This document shows positions 9,435 to 16,538 of a stretch of DNA of 64,000 nucleotides, in pieces; position 1 is the stretch's first letter; the number at the start of each line of letters is the position of its first letter. The position numbers and the translations under genes are program-made. The DNA is taken from the NCBI GenBank assembly GCA_041666645.1, contig JBAYGN010000001.1:31625-95624 (forward strand). The letters are read 5' to 3'. The stretch is from Minisyncoccota bacterium (GTDB lineage Bacteria > Patescibacteriota > Minisyncoccia > Phycocordibacterales > UBA5272). Below the pieces are notes generated by a model. The model saw only the letters and a program-made list of their open reading frames with translations, was not told the DNA's origin and made no database searches.

Positions 9435-9632
9435 TTATTTGTAACGCATTGGTCCTGATGTTGCATTTAAAGTATCTTCTAGGTTGGATGTGCTCTCTTC
9501 CTCTAATAAGATATTTTGGATCCGCTTTGGTTCACAAAACTTTTCTTTTATTTTATTAAAATTCGCAACTGTATAGCCAACTGCAAAAAACACAAAACAG
9601 AGAAGCACTATTTTTAGCTTTAGTGTATTCAT
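9435..9632 (-). CDS. small membrane/secreted hypothetical protein
   Basis: 65-aa ORF with one N-terminal hydrophobic helix (LKIVLLCFVFFAVGYTV), lying upstream of the DUF4297 gene. No obvious Shine-Dalgarno. Confidence 0.35.
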   Translation of the reverse strand: MNTLKLKIVLLCFVFFAVGYTVANFNKIKEKFCEPKRIQNILLEEESTSNLEDTLNATSGPMRYK

Positions 9633-9731
9633 GCGTAAGGTTCTTAAAAATTTGATAGCAAAACACCGCCATTGAAATAGGAGAACCTTACGAGTAGACC
9701 CACTCCATGGCGGAGCTTTAGTCGTAAGGTT
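9633..9731 (-). promoter_or_regulatory. leader with mutually exclusive hairpins (CGTAAGGTT x2 / AACCTTACG x1; CCGCCAT/ATGGCGG)
   Basis: Plus-strand copies: CGTAAGGTT at 9634-9642 and 9723-9731, with its complement AACCTTACG at 9684-9692; CCGCCAT at 9666-9672 and ATGGCGG at 9707-9713. One alternative pairs the 9 nt immediately 5' of the start codon (start codon at 9630-9632, minus strand). Confidence 0.35.
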
Positions 9732-9771
9732 TTTAAATTATGTTTTGTAGTCACATTGTATCAGTTATAAA

Positions 9772-10263
9772 TCAAAAGAGAGACCTAAGAATTCGGTCAC
9801 AAAACCATTTGTAACAATCTACAATTTCACCCGCTTTTTCTAGTCGTAAGAAATCTTCGCGAGTCTGTAATTCTTTGTAGTGCTGTGTAACTTTTGCACC
9901 GAGATGAAGCACTGCGTGCAAATGCGCCCCTGTCGTAGCCGAACCAGTGTTTCCAGAATGTGCGATTATATCCCCCTCTTTATATATTCCTTTTGTTGGT
10001 AATTCTTTTAGATGACATAGTTCAAGTCCCCAAGTTGTTCCTTCGTAATCAAATATAAAAACGCCGACGTTTCCTTTATATTTATTTACTTCAGTTTTGA
10101 ACATCTCACCATCACAAGGTGCAAATATTGGTGTACCGACAGCAACCTTAAAATCTGTTCCGACGTGTGTGCCTGTTTTTGGATAATTTTTACGGTCTGG
10201 AAAAGCACCGAATGGGTTGGTGGAGTTGTAGGATTGTTTGAAGTTGAGGAGGGGGAGGTGCAT
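9772..10263 (-). CDS. M23/LytM-family metallopeptidase domain protein (no signal peptide)
   Basis: 163 aa. HxxxD motif (GTHVGTDF) and HxH motif (GAHLHAVLH). The last ~8 codons run into the junction-motif remnant GAATTCGGTCACAAAAC (9789-9805). Confidence 0.7.
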   Translation of the reverse strand: MHLPLLNFKQSYNSTNPFGAFPDRKNYPKTGTHVGTDFKVAVGTPIFAPCDGEMFKTEVNKYKGNVGVFIFDYEGTTWGLELCHLKELPTKGIYKEGDIIAHSGNTGSATTGAHLHAVLHLGAKVTQHYKELQTREDFLRLEKAGEIVDCYKWFCDRILRSLF

Positions 10264-10272
10264 AATATAAAT

Positions 10273-12168
10273 TTATATATAATCTCTTATATCCACGTCA
10301 ATATTTTGCCCCTGAGCCCTTTTAGTAAGAGATATCCATATAGAGTTTCCACCAGACCCTCTTTTATCAACGTTAAAAAATTGTTTTTCAGATTTTTTAA
10401 TAGAAATTTTAATTACAGATACAACTTGATTATCATTTCTTAAAATAACTGGCTCAAATTCTATAAGACTATTAAACTTATCTTGTGTGCAATCTGTTAT
10501 TTGTTTAAGATTATCAAGTATTTGCAATCGAACAGTATCAAGTGTTTTATTTTGTATTCTAAATTCTTGCCCTATATCAAAAAAAGTTAAACCGTTTTTA
10601 ACAATAAGTAAATTTTTTATTTCTTCTCTTTTAATAGCCTCTGGGTTTTCTACTATTCCAACAATTAAAGTTCCCCCTTCCGTGTTAAGCATAGCCAAAA
10701 TAACCTTTAATATTTTTTCAAATATCTTTTTTTTAATTGAAGAATCAGTTTCTTCATCACGATATTCTTGTTCTAATGGAGTATAAAAACTTGATTTCCA
10801 TTCAATCTTTTCATTTTCTTGTATTACAAAATCTTTAATTTTATCCCAATCATCTTCAATATAATATTTATTTAAAATCTCATGAACATCAACAATCCAT
10901 TGATTTAATTCATGAACGATAACATTTAAAGACCATCTTGTATCCTTAGCATTATTAATTTCTTCGAGAACAGAAAAAGTTTTTATTGAAATTAAAAAAA
11001 TTTTATTAGTCCATTCATTATCAGTTTCAGTGATTTCTTTATTATTAAAAGCTGAAAAATTTTTATGTGAATATTCAGATAATTCTTTCTTAATTTCAGT
11101 TGCCAGTTTTGCTTTTTCTGAAACAATTTCAAAAAAATTTTTACCGTCTTGATAGTTAAAGCCAGAGCATATTTTTTTAAAGAAAAAAATTAAATTTCTT
11201 TCATTTTTTTGTATAAAAATATCAAAAAAACTTGTTATATCTTTTGAGGTATTTCTGTAGTAATGTTCAATACTTTCATTAAGATCATTAGATGTTACGT
11301 AAATTAAATCAAGAGATTTTGATAAATTAAATGACTCCCCTTTATTCTCATTAATTATTTTTTTAAAACTGTTTTCAATTACTGGTCTTATAATTAAAGA
11401 TAAAAAAGTTATACCAGCTAAAGACCTACTTGTTTTTAGGTTTAAAAATAAAAAATTATCATCTAGTTTAACTGGGAATTTTGAGTCATAATTTTGATTA
11501 AAATGAAATCTTACATCCCAAGCCACCTTTTCAAGAAAAAAACAAAGTTTTATAAAATTATTTTCATGTGCTGGTAGGTGTTTTAAAATATTTCTTAGAA
11601 TATCTGTAGTATTTTTTCTTAGAAATTCTATACTATTTTTAGTAATTGATTTATAGTCTATCGCAATACCAAAGAAAGCAAGCATCACTGCGGTATTTAA
11701 AAAAATTAATTTATCAAAATTGGATTCTTCTTTTTGCAAAATGCTTATTTTTTGATTTTTACTTATTAGTTCTATTAATATTTTTATAAAATTTTCATTA
11801 CGAAGAGTCGCGTTAAAAACAAGAACATATACATTTGTTTTAGAATATAATTCATGTGTGAAGTCTTCATCTAAACCATCAAAAATAGAAGAAAGAATAC
11901 ATGTGCAATCAAAAAAATCTTTACTTGTTTTTGCTTGTTCTATTTTTTTTATTAAATCTGTAATAGCTCCAGCTGTAGATTTTTTAATAAAATGTTTATA
12001 GTGATCTTCATTTTTCAAATCAGCATACATTTCATCAAAAGAAGACCATTTTTTATTAAGATTGCTCATAAAGATAAGGTATTTAAAAAGTATATCTTTA
12101 TTTAACCAATACAACAATTTTTGAAATACTAAATTAAAACCCTTACACAACAAGAGGTTTTTTAGCAT
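10273..12168 (-). CDS. hypothetical protein with C-terminal AlbA_2/Schlafen-like domain
   Basis: 631-aa ORF; the real start may be Met35 at 12066. The C-terminal ~170 aa begin EKIEWKSSFY...KILKVILAMLNTEGGTLIVGIVE, which resembles the E-x-K ... N-T-x-GG-x-L-x-x-G signature of AlbA_2 domains. The N-terminal ~440 aa are helical with no motif I recognise. Confidence 0.5.
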   Translation of the reverse strand: MLKNLLLCKGFNLVFQKLLYWLNKDILFKYLIFMSNLNKKWSSFDEMYADLKNEDHYKHFIKKSTAGAITDLIKKIEQAKTSKDFFDCTCILSSIFDGLDEDFTHELYSKTNVYVLVFNATLRNENFIKILIELISKNQKISILQKEESNFDKLIFLNTAVMLAFFGIAIDYKSITKNSIEFLRKNTTDILRNILKHLPAHENNFIKLCFFLEKVAWDVRFHFNQNYDSKFPVKLDDNFLFLNLKTSRSLAGITFLSLIIRPVIENSFKKIINENKGESFNLSKSLDLIYVTSNDLNESIEHYYRNTSKDITSFFDIFIQKNERNLIFFFKKICSGFNYQDGKNFFEIVSEKAKLATEIKKELSEYSHKNFSAFNNKEITETDNEWTNKIFLISIKTFSVLEEINNAKDTRWSLNVIVHELNQWIVDVHEILNKYYIEDDWDKIKDFVIQENEKIEWKSSFYTPLEQEYRDEETDSSIKKKIFEKILKVILAMLNTEGGTLIVGIVENPEAIKREEIKNLLIVKNGLTFFDIGQEFRIQNKTLDTVRLQILDNLKQITDCTQDKFNSLIEFEPVILRNDNQVVSVIKISIKKSEKQFFNVDKRGSGGNSIWISLTKRAQGQNIDVDIRDYI

Positions 12169-12202
12169 TTTCGCAAAATATATTAACGAAGCTCATTATT
12201 TT

Positions 12203-12290
12203 GCTGGGAGATAGGGATTCGGTCACAAAATCAACTCCTTCGTCGCAGATGATTTTCCGACCCGTATTCGAGTCCCGACGTACGACACGC
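12203..12290 (-). repeat. diverged copy of the tRNA-linked hairpin unit with variant acceptor strand
   Basis: Minus strand reads GGGACTCG-AATACGG-GTCGGAAAATCA-TCTGCGACGAAGGAGT-TGATTTTGTGACC-GAATCCC-TA-TCTCCCAGC. It has the same layout as the 168-nt unit (T-like stem, capped hairpin, CGACGA..GGAG loop). Confidence 0.6.
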
Positions 12291-12297
12291 AGACCAT

Positions 12298-12317
12298 GTG
12301 GGACTCGGTCACCAAAC
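12298..12317 (-). repeat. junction fragment GGGACTCG|GTCACCAAAC
   Basis: Short copy of the core/junction motif lying between the two fuller units. Confidence 0.5.
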
Positions 12318-12327
12318 ATATACTTTT

Positions 12328-12495
12328 ATTTCTGGGGAACAGGGACTCGGTCACAAAACTTCTCCTCGTAAACTCGTCGATAAAGTTTCGCGACCCCTAT
12401 TCGAGCCCCTGCCGCAAGTGACGCAGGTCACTTGCTTTCCCCAGCAACACAAAGTGTAAGAACGCTTCGCGTACGATAAATGTGTGTTGCTGGGG
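12328..12495 (-). repeat. 168-nt direct repeat, tRNA-proximal copy (structured tRNA-like unit)
   Basis: See 6170..6337. The right end (12490-12495) overlaps the 3' end of tRNA-Gln. The left end (12332-12349) is an exact second copy of the tRNA's 3' 18 nt, CTGGGGAACAGGGACTCG. Confidence 0.9.
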
Positions 12496-12560
12496 AACAG
12501 GGACTCGAACCCCAATACCATCCTCCAGAGGGATGTGTCCTACCATTAGACGATTCCCCA
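12490..12560 (-). tRNA. tRNA-Gln (anticodon CTG)
   Basis: Minus strand: TGGGGAA TC GTCT AATGGTA GGAC A CATCC CTCTGGA GGATG GTAT TGGGG TTCGAGT CCCTG TTCCCCA G. Cloverleaf with 7-bp acceptor stem. CCA is not encoded. Confidence 0.85.
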
Positions 12561-12648
12561 ATGTTGTTTAAATACTTAAATACACTGGATTAAACTGTTC
12601 ACAATTCTACAATATTTTAGCCTATTTATCAACGTGAAAATATTTAAT

Positions 12649-14307
12649 TTATTTTAACGAAGCCCTTACAAGTTGAATATCTGTGTAAGGATACTTCCCT
12701 TTTAGGTGTTCAAATACTGGCGTTAATTTATGAGTTTCTAGTTCTTTAAATGCCTTTGCGATTTTCTCTCTGTCGTTCTTTTTCGGTAGAACGTGTTTAA
12801 GTTCTACGTCTTCCTTTAATTCTACTAATTTTTCAATGTGCCCAATAATTGTAGCCTCGGATAGATTGCGACGCTCTGCAATTTCTTTTATAGAAAGTTT
12901 TTCTTTTAACATTTCTTGAGTCTTTGCATGTGACGGAACTTTCACTTCTATTTCTTCCGATTCTACGTCATCTAATTCTTCTAATTCGCCACCAGAAGAT
13001 GTTAAGAACTTTTCATGCAATTCTTTTAATTGTTTTTCGGAATACTTTTCAATGGCGTTTTCGGCTTGGTCGCTTTTTGCGCGAAAATTAATATCTGCTT
13101 CGCGCACTTCTTCGGCAATCATTAAAGCTTGAGGATTGAACCCCTTCAAATAAAGACCGTCCATAGACTTTAAACGAGAAAGAGCTACATATCCCTGACC
13201 AGATGTAAATGCGCGACTGAGGTCAATTTCTGCCTTATCAAGCGTCATTCCTTGGCTCTTGTGAACAGTTATAGCCCACGCGAGTTTGATGGGAAGTTGG
13301 CTTATTTCAGCTTTTACTTTGCCGTCCTCCTCTATTCTCCAAGTATCTACTTTGATGGTTATTTTTTTACCATTTGTAAGTTCAACAACCGGACTTCCGT
13401 CTGCTGTAAAATCTGCAACTATCCCCATAGAGCCATTTACATAGAGTCTCTCTTGGCTGTTTTTTATACAAATAACTTTGGCGCCAACTTTTAATTGTAA
13501 AGTTTCTTCAGCGAGACAGTTATTTTTAAGTGATTCCAGAATAGAAGCTTTACCTTTTGTAATCATTTCATAAGTGTGTACTTCGCCTTCTATTTCTTCA
13601 AAAGCTTTTCTGTTTATTTGATCAACATTTTCATTATGAGTGTAGAGCTTGATGTGATCATCGCTTTGTATTTTTTTGTTTGCGTCTTTTAAATATTCAA
13701 AATGCTCTTCTTCGACTTCACCGCTACGAATGGCGTTTAAAATATCTGACAACTTGTCGTCGTCTTGGCGGAACTGCTCTGTTAAATAGCAAACAACAGG
13801 CTTCGCCTCTTGCCACGCTCGTGAAGTAAAAGCAAACACACCTTCACTTTCATAAGTATCCCCAATGCGCGTTATTGGTGGAAGCTGAAAGAAGTCTCCA
13901 GTGAACACAACTTGCATACCACCAAAAGGTTTCTCATTTCGACGCATATGCTTTGCAGTCTTATCAAGCATGTCTACAAAGGATGCATGAAGCATTGATA
14001 TTTCATCTATGATTAAAACTTGTGTCTCATTCCATCTTTTGTATAGAGCTGGCTTTTCTTCCATTGCATCTAAGTCGTATGCATGAAGTTTTTGTTTAAT
14101 ACCAATACCACTCCACGCGTGAATAGTTGTTCCGCCGATATGAGTCGATGCGATACCAGTTGAAGCCGTGACCGCATACTTCACGCCGTGTTTTTTAAGA
14201 TATGAAACATAATCGCGGATGGCGTATGACTTACCAGCACCAGCCGCTCCGGTGAGAAAAGTGGTGTGTCCAAGTTTGAGAATTTGAAGAGCTGTTTTTT
14301 GGGTCAT
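12649..14307 (-). CDS. PIF1/RecD-family ATP-dependent DNA helicase with C-terminal HTH
   Basis: 552 aa. Walker A LTGAAGAGKSY, LIIDEISM (Walker B), FTGDFFQLPP, TVHKSQGMTLD, and a C-terminal helix-turn-helix tail (SIKEIAERRNLSEATIIGHIEKL). Confidence 0.8.
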   Translation of the reverse strand: MTQKTALQILKLGHTTFLTGAAGAGKSYAIRDYVSYLKKHGVKYAVTASTGIASTHIGGTTIHAWSGIGIKQKLHAYDLDAMEEKPALYKRWNETQVLIIDEISMLHASFVDMLDKTAKHMRRNEKPFGGMQVVFTGDFFQLPPITRIGDTYESEGVFAFTSRAWQEAKPVVCYLTEQFRQDDDKLSDILNAIRSGEVEEEHFEYLKDANKKIQSDDHIKLYTHNENVDQINRKAFEEIEGEVHTYEMITKGKASILESLKNNCLAEETLQLKVGAKVICIKNSQERLYVNGSMGIVADFTADGSPVVELTNGKKITIKVDTWRIEEDGKVKAEISQLPIKLAWAITVHKSQGMTLDKAEIDLSRAFTSGQGYVALSRLKSMDGLYLKGFNPQALMIAEEVREADINFRAKSDQAENAIEKYSEKQLKELHEKFLTSSGGELEELDDVESEEIEVKVPSHAKTQEMLKEKLSIKEIAERRNLSEATIIGHIEKLVELKEDVELKHVLPKKNDREKIAKAFKELETHKLTPVFEHLKGKYPYTDIQLVRASLK

Positions 14308-14380
14308 CTTAGATAGTTATTAACTGTTAGCTTGATACAGATACATGCAGTGTAAGCGGAAAAAGTAAAATAAAGAATAC

Positions 14381-14409
14381 TTGACATTTTATAATATATA
14401 TTATAAAAT
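14381..14409 (+). promoter_or_regulatory. sigma70-type promoter TTGACA-17-TAAAAT
   Basis: TTGACA 14381-14386, 17-nt spacer, TAAAAT 14404-14409. AGGAGA RBS lies before ATG 14437. Confidence 0.55.
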
Positions 14410-14436
14410 AAAACTAGTTCATTTTAGGAGAAAGAC

Positions 14437-14688
14437 ATGAGGACTTGTTTACACGAAGTTGGTGCCAACTTGGCTGTTAGCTTTGATGGTAATTCCATCA
14501 TCGTGAGTCGCTACGTGCGACCTCTCCCTTTCCCTGGTTTTGATGGCGAGTGGCAAGATGTTGTCACTTTCACAAACGAACAGGATTGGTACGCGAGCAA
14601 GTACCAGAAGCAAATCGTTGGAGATGACAATGTTGCAATGATTGTCTATCACTGGCTTGATATTGCGGAATCCAATCAGCCCGCTTGA
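14437..14688 (+). CDS. hypothetical protein (G+C-richer orphan cassette)
   Basis: 83-aa ORF with RBS AGGAGA, its own promoter and a strong terminator. A hand count of the first 120 nt gives 59 G+C. Confidence 0.6.
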   Translation: MRTCLHEVGANLAVSFDGNSIIVSRYVRPLPFPGFDGEWQDVVTFTNEQDWYASKYQKQIVGDDNVAMIVYHWLDIAESNQPA

Positions 14689-14727
14689 CTACCACGGAAA
14701 ATCCGTGGTAGTCAAGCGGGGTTTTTA
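14680..14727 (+). terminator. intrinsic terminator
   Basis: CCCGCTTGACTACCACGG...CCGTGGTAGTCAAGCGGG (18-bp stem) followed by GTTTTTAT. Overlaps the stop codon. Confidence 0.8.
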
Positions 14728-14740
14728 TATACATAAATCC

Positions 14741-15667
14741 TTATATTTTTAGATATTTTCGGACGGCTAGTAGTGATGAAACAATTGCTAGAACCAAACC
14801 AGATAGAAGTAATATCCCAGTTATCTCAAAGAAATGCGAAGTAAAATATGCGTGTAGATTCATACCCTCAAAGAAGAATACAGTTTTCTTTGTAACCCAA
14901 ATAGTGCCGAAAAAGAATATTGTGAGTGATAAGACCGTGGCGATAAACACATAAAGGACAGCCTCGACAACAAATGGTCCACGGATGAACATGTTTGATG
15001 CTCCAACTAATTTCATAACAGCAATTTCATCACGGTACACAAAGATAGCAAGTCTAATAGTATTATAAACAATCATACAACTCATGAGAATGAACACCAT
15101 TGAAAGCCAAAAACCAACTGTGTTTGTCCAACCAATGATATTGTTTAATTTATCAATACTATCCTTTAGTTGATAGTAATTAATTTTGTCGACAGCAGAC
15201 GACGAGTCACCGAGTAAGCCAGAACCTGAAGTTAATTGTTGTGCGATTGCTTCATATTGAGAAGTATCTTTGGCAACAACAGAAAGAGCGGAGCCGAAAG
15301 GATTTGTTCCTAATTCGTCCAAAGCTTGAAGTGTTAGTTGGTCGCCTTCGTGTTTGGTTTTAAAATCTAACAGAGCTTGTTCACGGGATGTATACGTAAC
15401 GGACTTTACTTGGGGAAGCCCCATTAATTTTGCTTTTATGTCTATAACCTGTTGCTCAGTCGCGTCTACCGTAAAATACACGCGGACATCTACTTTTTCA
15501 CGAACTTGGTCTAATGTGTAACCAAAAATAGCGCGGAATAAATAAAATGACGTAATAATCGAAAGTGTAATCGTTAAAATAAAAATTGAAGAAAGAGAAA
15601 CCGTACGATTACGATAAAATCCTCTGATTCCAGCAGTTATAATACGTTTTGTAAGAGTTGTTTTCAT
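14741..15667 (-). CDS. ftsX: cell division permease-like protein FtsX
   Basis: 308 aa with 4 TM segments, a large extracytoplasmic loop and a C-terminal FtsX domain. Immediately downstream of ftsE. Confidence 0.8.
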   Translation of the reverse strand: MKTTLTKRIITAGIRGFYRNRTVSLSSIFILTITLSIITSFYLFRAIFGYTLDQVREKVDVRVYFTVDATEQQVIDIKAKLMGLPQVKSVTYTSREQALLDFKTKHEGDQLTLQALDELGTNPFGSALSVVAKDTSQYEAIAQQLTSGSGLLGDSSSAVDKINYYQLKDSIDKLNNIIGWTNTVGFWLSMVFILMSCMIVYNTIRLAIFVYRDEIAVMKLVGASNMFIRGPFVVEAVLYVFIATVLSLTIFFFGTIWVTKKTVFFFEGMNLHAYFTSHFFEITGILLLSGLVLAIVSSLLAVRKYLKI

Positions 15668-15684
15668 GTTTACGGTATAAAAAA

Positions 15685-16365
15685 TTACATTGTGAACTTA
15701 CCTGACTTTTGGTCACGAGTTATGCGCCCTCCTTCCATTGTTATTACGCGACGACCAAGGTTATCTACAATGCCTTTATTGTGAGTCGTAAGTATAACCG
15801 TTGTGCCTAGGTCGTTGATTTTTTTCAAAATCTGAACAATATCGTATGTGTTCAATGGGTCAAGGTTTCCAGTTGGCTCATCTGCAATAATAATTTCTGG
15901 GCGATTAATAATGGCTCTAGCAATAGCTACACGCTGTTGTTCACCACCAGATAATTGATGTGGGAATTGGTGCATTTTGTCTTTCAAATCAACAAGCTCC
16001 ATAACATGCGGAACATCTTCTTCTATGTCTTCATCCAACTTCCCTGCTGCTTCCATGGCAAAGGCTACGTTCTCATAAGCTGTCTTGTTTGGTATAAGAC
16101 GAAAATCTTGAAATACAACTCCGACTTTACGTCGGTAGTTTGTCATATCATTACCACGTAAGCCGTGGATGTCATCTGAATGAAATGATACGGTTCCTTC
16201 TGTAGGATATTCCTCTGCTAGAAGAAGTTTGATGATAGTAGTTTTGCCTGCACCAGAGTGTCCAACAATGGAAACAAGTTCTCCTTTGTGGACGGTCAGG
16301 GAAACATCATCGAGAACCTTAATACCGTTATCATATTCTTTGGAAACGCGGTCAAAGTAAAGCAT
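15685..16365 (-). CDS. ftsE: cell division ATP-binding protein FtsE
   Basis: ABC ATPase with GHSGAGKTT (Walker A), [14 protein letters not shown] and [12 protein letters not shown]. The listed ORF extends to 16470, but the conserved N-terminus starts at Met36 ([11 protein letters not shown]), so the start was set to 16365. Confidence 0.8.
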   Translation of the reverse strand: MLYFDRVSKEYDNGIKVLDDVSLTVHKGELVSIVGHSGAGKTTIIKLLLAEEYPTEGTVSFHSDDIHGLRGNDMTNYRRKVGVVFQDFRLIPNKTAYENVAFAMEAAGKLDEDIEEDVPHVMELVDLKDKMHQFPHQLSGGEQQRVAIARAIINRPEIIIADEPTGNLDPLNTYDIVQILKKINDLGTTVILTTHNKGIVDNLGRRVITMEGGRITRDQKSGKFTM

Positions 16366-16538
16366 GCACTTATTGTACCATACTGAAAATAAACGGTGTG
16401 CATAAATATAAATAACAAAAAATACCCAACTATATTGTGGGTATTTTGCTAATTTATCCAAAGATGCCAATTATTCGGAAAAATCTTTAATGGGAATAAA
16501 ACTAGTCTACAAAAAATTTATAAGGTTAACGAAGCTAT

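Larger units (their letters stand above)
6170..12495 (-). mobile_element. tRNA-Gln-linked genomic island (composite, integrase-less) bounded by 168-nt direct repeats
   Basis: Direct repeats 6170-6337 and 12328-12495, with the proximal repeat overlapping the 3' end of tRNA-Gln. The interior is AT-richer than the core genes: hand counts give 16/60 G+C in a 60-nt herA sample versus 42/120 in a 120-nt atpD sample. Cargo is defence-type genes. Internal junction remnants lie at 9789-9805, 12203-12290 and 12298-12317. Confidence 0.7.
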
